The notes beneath the pieces were generated by a model. That model ran no database searches. It saw nothing but the letters and a program-made list of their open reading frames with translations, and was not told the origin of the DNA. DNA of 64,000 bases from Macrostomum hystrix (taxonomy: Eukaryota > Animalia > Platyhelminthes): NCBI GenBank assembly GCA_950097015.1, contig CATNEN010000007.1, positions 5,084,001 to 5,148,000 of the forward strand, read 5' to 3'. A program made the translations under genes and the position numbers. This document shows, in pieces, positions 36,777 through 49,833 of the stretch. Position 1 is the stretch's first letter, and each line of letters starts with the position of its first letter.

Positions 36777-39324
36777 TTACTCAGTGGGCAGCTTAACAAA
36801 CTTCGCTGTCAGCTCAGCGCAAAACCGGAGAAGGCGCATAATGTCCTCCTCTTGACGAGCACTGCTATCGAATTTCTGCCATGCCGCCTGAATCTTGGCC
36901 TCGCGGCATCTGTAGACTAGCCTGACTCGTCTTCCAGGCCCGCCAGTAGCTTGCAGCTGTCGAGACTGCAGAACTGCAAGGGCAGCCTGTTGCAATAGGA
37001 GCTCAGCCAAGGCATAGAGATTCAAGTTGCCCTTCCTCGCTCTTCGGTTTAGAGCCATATGCCAGCCCTCCACAGAGTTATTAGTCCGCTCCCTCTTGCC
37101 GTGGACAGAGAGTTCTTCCAGGCTCCACACGCTACTCGACAGCCAGGTCACGTCCACATAGCGGCACAGAGAAACCAGCGCCTCTGTATTCGCTTTGTCG
37201 GCAAGAGCGCCAAAAGCAGTGTAAATGTGTTCGGCTGGGAGGAAGATGAGGGCCATCAGCTGCTTGCAGAACAGTCGCGTGCCCTTATCCACAGCATACG
37301 ATGCAGCAAGGCCGAGCTCTTGAACTTTTCGAAAGATGCTCTGTGCGAAGTGAAAAGAGCAGCCCTGCAGCTCAGCCCTCGGGCAGGTATGATGCAGAGC
37401 CTCCCACATCGCAGCCTCAAAGTCCAATACAGCTTCAGAAGGAGGAACTCCAGCCAGCTCAATTAGCTTTTGCAGAACTTGCAAGTAGTCGTGCTTTGAT
37501 TTTCCTGACATGAGCGCGAAGCACAATGGCACTTGCTTGTGCTTCCCATCCTTCTGAAGAAGTCCATGAACTGAAAAGTAGATAATATTTACAATTTCAT
37601 CCAAATGGAACAAAGCGAAGTGGAGAGAAGAATAGGAGAGAGGGAGACCAGAAGTTTGGTGGTGAATGAGAAAATGGAGTGATAGAGAAATGGGTAGCGG
37701 TGGGGGAGAAAAAAAAGGAGAGAGATAGAGGAGGGAGAGATGAGTTAGGGGTGAGGCTGAGAGGGGTAGAGATAATTTCCAAATGACAAAGAAATGACAA
37801 AACTCAATGACAAAAAGTAACAAACTTACCAGAATATAGTTGCATGAATGGGCTCTTGACGACATAGAATGTTCCATCGAGAAACCACTGCTTTGTGTTG
37901 GCCAGGATTGCAAGCTGCTCGTCTGTTGCGAATATCAGGTGGCGCTTTTGCGTTCTGGCCACAGTCACGTCCGCCTTCAGAAAGTTTGGTGGAAGTGCAT
38001 CCTCCTGCAACTCGAATCGGAGATCTGTTGGATGCTGCGGCCGACTTCCTGCGCGAAATCGGTTGGCGTTTCTAGCGAGCTGTTCCACAGTCGGGGGGTT
38101 GACGCCTAAATCGTCGCGCAGACAATGAGCAATCAAAGCACTTTCGGCTATCGCAGCAGCTGGCTCGAATCGGCATCGCTTTGCCTCGTTTTTTACGTCC
38201 CATTGAAGCTCTCTCTTAAGTCCAGCTGCTTTGTCCGCATGGCAGACATGTGGTCGGCTCACATAAAACGAGCCATCTGCTGTCTGCTTCACAGAACCGT
38301 TGCATGTCAAAGCTTCGCTGCGGACGATACACTTCCAGTAATTGCAGCCAGCTTTTCCTCCATTGCGTCCGAGAATGTAGCCATGGGAAGACACGAGCAA
38401 GTCGCCGCCACGCTTGCTAATTCCAGGCTTCATTTCAAACTGTTCCGGCTCCATCGGTATCTGTACTTCAGCTAAAGGAGCTGGATCAGGAAGAGATCGT
38501 CGCCCAGCGGCATCAGTAGCCGTAGCAGCAGCGGCAGCAGCAGCAGCAGACAGCTCGGCGGCAGCATCAGCAGCAGCAGCACCACCAGACTCGGCAGCAG
38601 ACAGCTCGGCGGCAGTATCAGCAGCAGCAGCACCACCAGACTCGGCAGCAGACAGCTCGGCGGCAGTATCAGCAGCAGCAGCACCACCAGACTCGGCAGC
38701 AGACAGCTCGGCGGCAGTATCAGCAGCAGCAGCACCACCAGACTCGACAGCAGACAGCTCGGCGGCAGTATCAGCAGCAGCAGCACCACCAGACTCGACA
38801 GCAGACAGCTTGGCGGCCGCCTGTTCAAGTTTTTTGTCAGATCGTGATTTTATTAGCAGTCTTATCGATGCAAGGCACAAGCTTTAATTTTCTGTATATT
38901 AAGCTGTCTCTAGCTGCACAGTAAGTTGGGATTTGCTTTTCTGAAAATCTTTATTTTCTAATCTGGTTCGTGTACTGCAACTTCAAGTTTATGTAGAAAA
39001 CATTATAGATATAAATATGTACAGCAAATAATCTCGCTATTATAATTATAATTATAATAAGTGGTTATGGTAGCTTGAACATGACGTGCACATGAATTCT
39101 ATATTTACATGTGCCATAAAAGTCAATGAGCTACTTACGTTTTTTTCCTCACATCGTGAGCACATCCAGTTGAAGGAAACATTTTTGCTCAATATTTCGC
39201 GATACTCAGTCTGGGTCATATTAATGCCACAGATTCGATGCTGCCATTGATCACACGAATCGCACAGCAAGGCCTGCTGTCGCGTGCTGACTATCTTTTG
39301 ACAGACAAGACAAAAATCTGACAT
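36777..39324 (-). CDS. PHD-FLYWCH-MULE DDE transposase, 3 exons (39324-39139, ~38820-37831, 37570-36777)
   Basis: Exon 1 encodes a C4HC3 PHD finger. Exon 2 encodes a FLYWCH-type finger (YWKC...C...HVCH) and WFLDGTF. Exon 3 encodes VLDFEAA, GCSFHFAQ and TNNSVEGWH. The intron 37571-37830 junction gives QLYS-VHGLL. The exon 2 acceptor is my best guess. Confidence 0.85.
38545..38812 (-). repeat. 51-bp coding tandem repeat (LSAVESGGAAAADTAAE x5) in the transposase linker
   Basis: Visible in both DNA and translation. Confidence 0.9.
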
Positions 39325-41196
39325 TTCGATTATCCAGGCACGCAAATGTGGTGTGCAATGACAATGAGTTGCATACGCTATATATATGTGGTTCAAAGCG
39401 AAAAGATTTTAAATTTGCGCGATATTTTGTCGTTTGATTGATTGTTTTACTGATTTCGGTTGTTCTAAGAATCTAAGTCTCGTTAAACTTGAGTTTCCAG
39501 CAGACGAAAAGTTTAACGCAAAATAGTTTGTTCGTCTGCCCAGCAGACGAACTGGCGGCAGACGAAAAGAGTGGCACCCATCTCATCAATTGGATTGGGA
39601 TGAAATTAGCAAATTGATGAATATTTCTCTTTGCATATAATTGTGCTTAGTTTTATGTTTAACACTTATCTACCTTAAGGTATATTTCTGTTTTGGTTAG
39701 CTGTAGTACCTGCAAGATTTTTAATGTGCAGCATGTAATGGCACGAAATAGATTAAGCGTGGTTGCCATTTGAATTGTTTATATAATGAAAAAATAATGA
39801 ACGCAAACTAAAGTCTCATGCAATAATGGAAACAGTGTTAGTTAGTATATCTACTTGACGTTGGGCCTGGTAGGCCTAACAATTAGTGAATTACTATAGT
39901 CAAACCTAACTAGCACTGGTTGGTTAGAATGTGTTTGGAAAGTGGTGTTATATATAATTATTAATATGCCAAACTCTTATAAAATTAAAATTATTATTAA
40001 AAATTCATGAATCATATATTGTTTAAAGGTCCTAATGGGCTGATACAATAGGCCTACTGATACAAGCACAAGATGCCTTGGTCTAACTAGTTTGTACAAT
40101 TTATTTTTATAATTAACTTTTACTTTTTATTTGTAAAAAGTAGGCCTATAGTAAATAATACTACAGTAGAGATAATAAACATTTGTATATATAAATGAAT
40201 AACTGAAAGGGAACATACTGATATGAATACAGAAATTTAATTTATCTGATCATCCTCCTCTAACAAAGCAATGCATTATTGACTACAATAACAAAATATG
40301 CATAATATGCTCTATTGTACAAATTTGGTTTTTCTAATTTTAAACATACTAGTAACAGTAGAATAAATAAATAAAAATATAGACACTGAGCAACACAAGA
40401 CAATCACTACAGAAATTCTTGCCTGGGAGTGGGTCTACAGGACTGAGAAATCAAAGATTCACAAATAACTAAGGCAATCAATAGCTGTACTTTGCACCTT
40501 ATAAACTTGTAGCCTTGTAACTAGCAAACATTTTTAAGTTGTAATTTCTAATTAGTAAAAAATCTAAATATACCTAAACTAAAAGTCCTGAAACATGCAC
40601 TTTTAGAGGTACAATTATAATATCTAAAATATAAAACTAGGACACAAACCATTAAATTTCAAAGTAGAACATACTAACTAGTTCTAGCATAAAGGTTAAT
40701 TAACACTTGATTAAGGTTTATATATTAGATGTACATAGTAGTTGCTTTCAGGTTTTATTGTTTCTGTTGGCAAGGCTGACAAACCTAGCTGTTTTTCTTT
40801 TATGTCTCACCTTATTCTCTATATTCTCCTGTTTTTATTTTCATTTATGATTTAATGTATATAGCTATTTGAAGAAATTTTAATATTTAACAATGTTTTT
40901 AATAGTCTATTTAGATAGCCTAGCTGCGTCTTTCATGTGTATCATTTTACAAAAAATGGATCAAGGAAGTGGGTGATCAATGATAACTTTAATCAGCAAA
41001 GCTCTATTGACATTTAAAAAAACAGTTGAACATTTTCTATTGTTTCATAGTAAGGCCTAAGGGGATTTATATGTATGCCTGTAAGCAATGTCTTTCATTA
41101 GTTTTTTGTTCTTCTTTTTTGATTTATATTGTTTTTTTCTTTCATGTTAGTCAGGCAATAACAAATGTGCTAAAATTGCAGAGTGGTGCCTCAGTC

Positions 41197-44100
41197 ATGA
41201 CTAGTGAAGCACTGGCTAGCCTGGGCCTGTCAGCCAGCAAAATTGAAGAGACGATAAGAAACAAAGACCTTACAGAGCGCTTAGTGACAATGGTCCGCTG
41301 TGCCAAAGAGCGCTGCGGTGCCAGCGAGTTGACAAAGATCCAGGGTAACCTGCTGTACCACACTGGCACTAAACTGAAGAAGCAGGCGTTCTCAAGCCAC
41401 GAATTCATAGTTAAGCATATCATTAATGGCGATTTAGCCACAGAGGCCCAGGTGACCGCGGCCTGCGAGCACTGCCTCAAGAACATTGGCAGCGGCGATC
41501 TGGCTGCGTTTAGGGCCGCCTGCGGCATCGGCGTTTCCGTCACGCCCGAGGATATTGAGCGAGTCGTTGAAGAGGTCATCAATCAGCACAAGGAGGAGCT
41601 GCTGGCTCAACGCTACGCGTTCGGCTTGAACCGGCTGCTTGGTGAGGCCAGGTGAGATAAGGAGCACCTTTATATTTAGACTCGCTGGGGGATCAGCTTG
41701 TTTTGCTTCTTCCACTGAAAATCACTCCCCTATCTATCTAGAGATTCCTTAGCTTATCTAGAGATTTCTCATCTTATCTAGAGATTCATTATCTTATCTA
41801 GAGATTCCTCATCTTATCTAGAGATTCCTCATCTTATCTAGAGATTCCTTATCTTATCTAGAGATTTATTATCTTATCTAGAGATTCCTCATCTTATCTA
41901 GAGATTCCTTATCTTATCTAGAGATTCCTCATCTTTGTTCTATCTAGAGATCTTGTTCATCTAGAGATTCCTCATCTTATCTAGAGATTTGTTTCATCAT
42001 CTAGAGATTAAATTTCTCTAAAGATTCATCTAAAGATACAAGTCCTCATCTAGAACTTTGATTCCTTGTCTCATCTAGATATCTAATTCCTAATATAGAG
42101 AATTCCTTTTACGTCACACCACTAGAACCACCGTCCATCCGCAGATCTAAACTGAAATTTGCCGACGGCAAGCAGGTGAAGTGCGAATTCGAGGTGCAAA
42201 TTCTTCACCTTTTGGGGCCGAAGACCGACGCTGACAGAGCCGGCGGAGCTAACAACGCTGGCGCCGCGTCATCGGTTGCTAAGCAACAATCAGGCGCTGC
42301 AAGCAAAGGAAAGCCGGCCGCTTCAGCGACTCCGGCTGGTTCTGAGCCGACTGAGTTTCGCGAGGAGACCCGCTCTCTCGCCGACCAGATGATCACTGGA
42401 GACGCGGCGAAATTTCACCGGCCCGGCGAGAACTACCTCACCGACGGATACGTTGTGACGCCCAGGACTCGATTCCTGCTGGCGCGTCACCTTGAGCAGA
42501 CTGGCGGAAAAGTATTCTCCAGATTTCCACCCGAGCCTAACGGCATTCTGCACATTGGCCACGCCAAGGCTATTAATTTTAACTTTGGATACGCTAAGGC
42601 TCATAATGGCCATTGTTATCTCAGGTGAGACTAAATAATTGCTCATTCTCAGTATCCTCTCAGTATCTCTAGCTTGTTGCTCATCGTAACGATCGTTGCC
42701 CATCGTTGATTGGTTAACTACTATTTTGACTTCAGATATGACGACACTAATCCGGAGAAGGAGGAAGAGAAGTTTTTCGTGGCCATTCGCGACATTGTTG
42801 AGTGGCTCGGATACACTCCGTACAAGGTGAGGCCTGTGGTTTTCGGGAATCGGTTGTGTCACTCCCATCCATTCACTGCCTTGTCACTGCCATCCATTCA
42901 CTGCCTTGTCACTGCCATCCATTCACTGCCTTGTCACTCTCATCCATTCACTGCCTTGTCACTCCCATCCATTCACTGCCTTGTCACTGCCATCCATTCA
43001 CTGCATTGTCACTGCCATCCATTCACTGCCTTGTCACTCTCATCCATTCACTGCCTTGTCACTCCCATCCATTCACTGCCTTGTAAATCCCATCCATTCA
43101 CTGCCTTGTCACTCCCATCCATTCACTGCCTTGTCACTGCCATCCATTCACTGCCTTGTCACTCCCATCCATTCACTGCCTTGTCACTGCCATCCATTCA
43201 CTGCCTTGTCACTGCCATCCATTCACTGCCTAGTCAATCCCATCCATTCACTGCCTTGTCACTCCCATCCATTCACTGCCTTGTCACTGCCATCCATTCA
43301 CTGCCTTGTCACTCTCATCCACTCACTGTCTTGTCACTCCCATCCATTCACTGTCTTGTCACTCCCATCCATTCACTGCCTTGTCACTCTCATCCATTCA
43401 CTGCCATCTATTCACTGCCTTGTCACTCCCATCCATTCACTGCCTTGTCACTGCCATCCATTCACTGCCTTGTCACTCTCATCCACTCGCTGTCTTGTCA
43501 CTGCCATCCATTCACTGCCTTGTCACTCTCATCCATTCACTGCCTTGTCACTGCCATCCATTCACTGTCTTGTCACTCTCATCCATTCACTGCCTTGTCA
43601 CTGCCATCCATTCACTGCATTGTCACTCCCATCCATTCACTGCCTTGTCACTCTCATCCATTCACTGCCTTGTCACTGCCATCCATTCACTGTCTTGTCA
43701 CTCTCATCCATTCACTGCCTTGTCACTGCCATCCATTCACTGCATTGTCACTGCCATCCATTCACTGCCTTGTCACTCTCATCCATTCACTGCCTTGTCA
43801 CTGCCATCCATTCACTGTCTTGTCACTCTCATCCATTCACTGCCTTGTCACTGCCATCCATTCACTGTCTTGTCACTCTCATCCATTCACTGCCTTGTCA
43901 CTCCCATCCATTCACTGCCTAGTCAATCCCATCCATTCACTGTGTTATCACTCCCACCCATTCACTGCCTTCTCATCCATTCACTGCCTTCTCATCCACT
44001 CACTGCATTGTCACTCCCATCCATTCACTGCCTTGTCACTGCCATCCATTCACTGCATTGTCACTCCCATCCATTCACTGCCTTGTCACTCCCATCCATT

Positions 44101-47100
44101 CACTGCCTTGTCACTCCCATCCATTCACTGCCTTGTCACTCCCATCCATTCACTGCCTTATCATCCATTCACTGTCTTCTCATCCATTCACTGCCTTCTC
44201 ATCCATTCACTGCCTTCTCATCCATTCACTGCCTTCTCATCCATTCACTGCATTGTCACTCCCATCCATTCATTGCCTTGTCACTCCCATCCACTCACTG
44301 TCTTGTCACTCCCATCCATTCACTGCCTTGTCACTCCACTCCATTCAATGCCTTGTCACTTCCATCCATTCACTGCCTTGTCACTCCACTCCATTCACTG
44401 CCTTGTCACTGCCATCCATTCACTGCCTTGTCACTGCCATCCATTCACTGCCTTGTCACTGCCATCCATTCACTGCCTAGTCAATCCCATCCATTCACTG
44501 CCTTGTCACTCCCATCCATTCACTGCCTTGTCACTGCCATCCATTCACTGCCTTGTCACTCTCATCCACTCACTGTCTTGTCACTCCCATCCATTCACTG
44601 TCTTGTCACTCCCATCCATTCACTGCCTTGTCACTCTCATCCATTCACTGCCATCTATTCACTGCCTTGTCACTCCCATCCATTCACTGCCTTGTCACTG
44701 CCATCCATTCACTGCCTTGTCACTCTCATCCACTCGCTGTCTTGTCACTGCCATCCATTCACTGCCTTGTCACTCTCATCCATTCACTGCCTTGTCACTG
44801 CCATCCATTCACTGTCTTGTCACTCTCATCCATTCACTGCCTTGTCACTGCCATCCATTCACTGCATTGTCACTCCCATCCATTCACTGCCTTGTCACTC
44901 TCATCCATTCACTGCCTTGTCACTGCCATCCATTCACTGTCTTGTCACTCTCATCCATTCACTGCCTTGTCACTGCCATCCATTCACTGCATTGTCACTG
45001 CCATCCATTCACTGCCTTGTCACTCTCATCCATTCACTGCCTTGTCACTGCCATCCATTCACTGTCTTGTCACTCTCATCCATTCACTGCCTTGTCACTG
45101 CCATCCATTCACTGTCTTGTCACTCTCATCCATTCACTGCCTTGTCACTCCCATCCATTCACTGCCTAGTCAATCCCATCCATTCACTGTGTTATCACTC
45201 CCACCCATTCACTGCCTTCTCATCCATTCACTGCCTTCTCATCCACTCACTGCATTGTCACTCCCATCCATTCACTGCCTTGTCACTGCCATCCATTCAC
45301 TGCATTGTCACTCCCATCCATTCACTGCCTTGTCACTCCCATCCATTCACTGCCTTGTCACTCCCATCCATTCACTGCATTGTCACTGCCATCCATTCAC
45401 TGCCTTGTCACTCTCATCCATTCACTGCCTTGTCACTCCACTCCATTCACTGCCTTGTCACTGCCATCCATTCACTGCCTTGTCACTGCCATCCATTCAC
45501 TGCCTTGTCACTGCCATCCATTCACTGCCTTGTCACTCCCATCCATTCACCGCCTTGTCACTGCCATCCATTCAGTGCTTTGTCTCAGATAACATACCCC
45601 ACTTTATTATTCTCTCCCGTGGTATGCTTCTATGAAACGAATGCTAATTAGCAAATACACGGCACGTGCGCACACTCAGGTGACGTACGCATCGGACAAC
45701 TTCGACCAGCTGTACGCCTGGGCCGAGAGCCTGATCCTTCGCGGCCTGGCCTACGTGTGCCACCAGACTGCTGACCAGCTGAAGGGCCACAATCCGCCGC
45801 CATCGCCTTGGCGCGACCGACCCGCCGAGGAGTCGCTGCAGCTGTTCAGGGCGATGCGAGCCGGCTTGTACGCCGAGGGCGAGGCCTGCCTGAGAATGCG
45901 CCTCACAATGGAGGACTCAAAGCAGGATCCGGTGGCTTATCGGATTAAATTTGCCAGGCACCATCGCACTGGCAGCAAGTGGTGCATCTATCCGACCTAT
46001 GACTACACACACTGCCTCTGCGACTCCATTGAGAACATCACTCACTCTTTGTGCACTAAGGTGAGGCATGTCTATTGCAACTGTTTGTCCTCGAACTCTT
46101 GTTTTCCCCTCTATTCCCCTCTATTCCTCATCTCCCTCACTCAACCTGCTCATCTCCCTCACTCGCCCTTCTCACCTCCCTTTCGCCCTACCACCTTCCT
46201 CTCACCCTTCTAATCTCCCTCACTCGTCCTTCCTATCTCCCTCTCCCTATTTTCATCTCCCACTTTCGCCCTACCCATCTCCCTCACTCGCCATTCTCAT
46301 CTTCCTCACTCGCCCTTCTCACCTTCTCTCTCGCCCTTCTACCCTCAATTTTTAAAAAGGAACCCAGTCATGTGACTGGCCTAAGCCGTTCCCAATTGGA
46401 TGCAGGAGTTCCAGAACCGGCGCTCCTCCTACTATTGGCTGTGCAACGCGCTGGATCTCTACTGCCCTGTGCAGTGGGAGTACGGCCGGCTCAACGTGTG
46501 CAACACGGTCATGTCCAAGCGCAAGATCCTCAACCTGGTACAGAAGAAGGCCGTTGCGGACTGGGACGATCCCAGACTCTTCACCCTGACTGCTTTGCGT
46601 CGCCGCGGTGTGCCGCCTGAAGCTGTGAACCTGTTCGCCGCCAAGGTCGGAGTCACCATGGCCTCCGCCTACATCGACCCCAGCCTACTCGACGCCTGCA
46701 CCCGGGAGGTGCTGAACAACCTGGCGCCGCGTTCCATGGTTGTGCTCGATCCGTTGAAGGTCACGATTGTTGAAGGTGCGTCGGCCGCAGCCTCGCTGAC
46801 TGTGCCGGACTTCCCCGCCAGTCCGGAGCGGGGCTCTCACTCTATCGCCAGCTTCTCGGCTTCATCCGGCGTTCTCTACCTGGAGCGGGATGATTTTCGC
46901 GACGGCGGCAAAGCGGCGGCTGGGCCGGGCTTCAAGCGGCTGACGGAGGACCAGCCGGTTGGCTTAAAGCACGCCAATGTGGCCATCGCTGTGCGCCAGG
47001 TTGTCCGGGACAGCGCCGGCCGGGTGTCCGAGCTGCACGTTGCCTGCCTAGCGTTGGACACCCTGCCGGCCAAGCCGAAGTGCTTCGTGCACTGGGTGGC

Positions 47101-47870
47101 TAATCCCGTGGAGGTGAGACCTGCTCAGACTCGATACTCTATCTTAATAATTATTCCTACATCTCTCTTGTTTCTTCCTTCATTTCATCGCCCTTCAACT
47201 CTTTCGTATCCCCCTATTCTGTTATCTCCCCTCACCTGCGTGCATCTCCCCTCACCTCCGTGCATCTCCCCTCACCTCCGTGCATCTTCCCTCACCTCCG
47301 TGCATCTCCCCTCACCTCCGTGCAACTCCCCTCACCTCTGTGCATCACCCCTCACCTTCGTGCATCTCCCCTCACCTTCGTGCATCTCCCCTCACCTCCG
47401 TGCATCTCCCCTCACCTCTGTGCATCTCCCCTCACCTCTGTGCATCTCCCCTCACCTCTGTGCATCTCCCCTCACCTCTGTGCATCTCCCCTCACCTCTG
47501 TGCATCTCCCCTCACCTCCGTGCATCTCCCCTCACCTCTGTGCATCTCCCCTCACCTCTGTGCATCTCCCCTCACCTTCGTGCATCTCCCCTCACCTCCG
47601 TGCAAGGTGGAGGTCCGCCTCTACGAGCCGCTGTTCACCATGAAGAACCCGGAGGAGCACCCTGACGGCCTCATCGCGGCCATGAACCCGAACTCGCTGG
47701 CCATCAAGTCGGGCGCCCTGGCCGATCGCTACCTGCTGACTGCCGCAGCTATTCAGCGCCACCAGCAGTTCGAACGGCTCGGCTATTTCTACCTGGACCA
47801 GGACTCGCGACCGCCCGAACGGATGATCTTCAACCGGACTGTCACGCTGAAGGAGGATGCGGGCAAATGA
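41197..47870 (+). CDS. QARS1: Glutaminyl-tRNA synthetase, 6 exons (41197-41651, 42145-42624, 42736-42826, 45680-46060, 46406-47113, 47607-47870), ~792 aa
   Basis: Eukaryotic N-terminal domain (SLGLS...[13 protein letters not shown]...ADGK...LHLLGPK), [63 protein letters not shown] and [10 protein letters not shown]. All introns are GT-AG and frame-consistent (2379 nt). Confidence 0.97.
41735..42060 (+). repeat. 20-bp minisatellite (TTATCTAGAGATTCCTCATC) in QARS intron 1
   Basis: Directly visible. Confidence 0.9.
42858..45578 (+). repeat. 25-bp satellite (CCATCCATTCACTGCCTTGTCACTG) in QARS intron 3, with a ~1247-bp higher-order duplication
   Basis: Starts ~30 bp after the donor. The variant block at ~43306 recurs at ~44553. 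Confidence 0.97.
47225..47606 (+). repeat. 20-bp minisatellite (CTCCCCTCACCTCTGTGCAT) running into the QARS exon 6 acceptor
   Basis: The last unit ends ...CTCCGTGCAAG, supplying the 3' splice site. Confidence 0.93.
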
Positions 47871-47989
47871 ATGAAGTTCAGCTGCTTCCGCTATGACCAG
47901 ATTTGCTCTGTGTGCTGCTTGTTTAACCCCCCGTGTGTTGCCTGCTGTTTGCTTAGGTAGAATTCTTAACTCAATTATCGGATAGGAGA

Positions 47990-48375
47990 GCCAGAGTTGC
48001 AAGGCAATCACACCTAGGAGAGCCAGAGTTTCCAGCCAATCACAGCTTGGTGAGCCGGAGCTGCCAGCCAATCACAGTTGGGATAGCCAAAGCTGCCAGC
48101 TAATCGCAGCTTGGTTAGCCAGAGTTGCCAGCCAATCACACCTAGGAGAGCCAGAGTTTCCAGCCAATCACAGCTTGGTGAGCCGGAGCTGCCAGCCAAT
48201 CACAGTTGGGATAGCCAAAGCTGCCAGCCAATCACAGCTGGGTGAGTCAAAGCTGCCAGCTAATCGCAGCTTGGTTAGCCAGAGTTGCCAGCCAATCACA
48301 CCTAGGAGAGCCAGAGTTTCCAGCCAATCGCAGCTGAGGTGTGCCAGAGTTGCAGCCAATCGCAGCTGGGTGAGG
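47990..48375 (+). promoter_or_regulatory. 32-bp tandem array of CCAAT boxes (12 units)
   Basis: CCAAT-type cores start at 48004, 48036, ... 48356, exactly every 32 bp. Nine are perfect CAGCCAATC(A/G)CA. The repeat is certain; the regulatory role is inferred. Confidence 0.55.
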
Positions 48376-49419
48376 CGTGTCCTTGTGACATGGGCAGCGA
48401 GTCAGGACCGCTTGGCCTCCAGCCATTAACCACTTCTATAGTTATTATGGAAATGGTCTAGCGTAAAGCGAGCACAATTTTTCTTCATGATTAACAGCTA
48501 AGCATCTAGAAAGTGGATCAGTTGATCGCGGGACTTCCTTTGCCAAATTTAATATTAAGTGCACTTTTACGCTAGACTGAATGCTTGCCTAACACTTTAC
48601 GAGTATCTGAATTATTGCTAATCTAGTTTTATCGTCATTGGTAACGCTTGTTTGCACCTAACGATTCTATTTAACCCGCCTATTTAAATTAAAAAATAAT
48701 GTTTTATTTTCATTTTTGATGGCTCAGCTTAAGCTGGTGTTTGAGTTAGCAGATAGGATAATCATTGTGTGGGATTAAGGTTTCTTAATTCGTTTTGACA
48801 TTCGCTTTGAGCGACAATTATCCTCTTCCATAAAAGTACAATTGTGCACTTCGCTGTTAGTAGTATGTTGCACATTTTATTTATCTCGTCTCGACAATTT
48901 ATCTATGCAGCAGTTGATAGAACCAATGGAGTTAGTTGGTATAAGCTGTGTAGCGAGTTGATTTAATTCAATGCTAAGAGTACACCAGTTTTGACTTGTG
49001 AGAACTGATACTAAAAGAAGAAATTAATCGCCTTAGTTTTTTCTTGTCTTTTGGATTGAACTTTTTGCTTTTTTTCTTTTGGAAACATTTTACAGTAGGC
49101 AAATATTATTGAATTAGTAATAAGGGCAATTATTATAGGTAAAATATTTTGTCGCTAATTCAAATGAAGAATCTGAAATTATTTATAAATATCGTTACTT
49201 CTGCATAATCATTACAATAAGTGTTAGTTTTTTAAACTCTTCATTTATAAAAAATAAAATCTGACGAAATTATTGAAGTTGCCGAATCTGCAGGAAATCG
49301 TTGAATTGGTAAAATGTGTATCCAGTAATGAGACTTTTTCCATATTAAAAATATAGGTTATGCATAATTTTGCTACTTTTGTAAAGTTTACAAAACTACA
49401 CTTTCACGAATGTCGTTGC

Positions 49420-49735
49420 TTTAACAAAACTCGACGCTTTCTCAAATTAGGTTCTTTCTGAAACCTCGCTACTTCTCCATAATTTACTTTCAGTAAAGTC
49501 TTTACTTTCACAAAAAATTCATTTCCTTAATTCGTTACTTTCCCCAAAACTAGTTACTTTTCTAAACTAAACTCGTTACTTTCTTAAAACCTGGTACATT
49601 CCAAAAACTGTTTAATTTTACTTTTACAAAACTTATTACTTGAATAAAAGTCGTTACCTGAACAAATATCGTTACTTTAACAAAGTTCGTTATTTAACAA
49701 ATATCGTTACTTTAACAAATTGACGTTACTTTCAC
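49420..49735 (+). repeat. Degenerate ~20-bp AT-rich repeat (CGTTACTTT core)
   Basis: Recurrent GTTACTTT upstream of the TUT-like first exon. Confidence 0.65.
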
Positions 49736-49833
49736 AGAAATCTATTCATACATCTAATAACTTACGTAAGTTTATTTTCATTGCAATGATGAACCCTCCT
49801 TACTCCCTCCATCTCAACTGCAGCCGGCAAGTC

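Larger units (their letters stand above)
35014..39579 (-). mobile_element. Complete Mutator-like (MULE, Phantom-like) DNA transposon, 4566 bp
   Basis: Imperfect ~75-80-bp TIRs (GGATTCCAGTTCTTTCGTCTGCCGCCAGTTCGTCTGCT vs reverse complement GGGTGCCACTCTTTTCGTCTGCCGCCAGTTCGTCTGCT). 8-bp TSD ATCTCATC (35006-35013, 39580-39587). Internal transposase gene. Confidence 0.9.

Noticed and set aside
38821-38880. 5' extension of the transposase exon 2 ORF (MCLASIRLL...)
   Set aside because: TTG start with an in-frame stop just upstream. Splicing of the phase-0 PHD exon to the CAG at 38821-38823 explains the gene better, although that acceptor is itself unverified.
42710-45651. 819-aa and 781-aa His/Cys-rich ORFs
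   Set aside because: Read-through of QARS exon 3 into the 25-bp intronic satellite. The GlnRS sequence resumes in frame at 45680 via a GT-AG intron.
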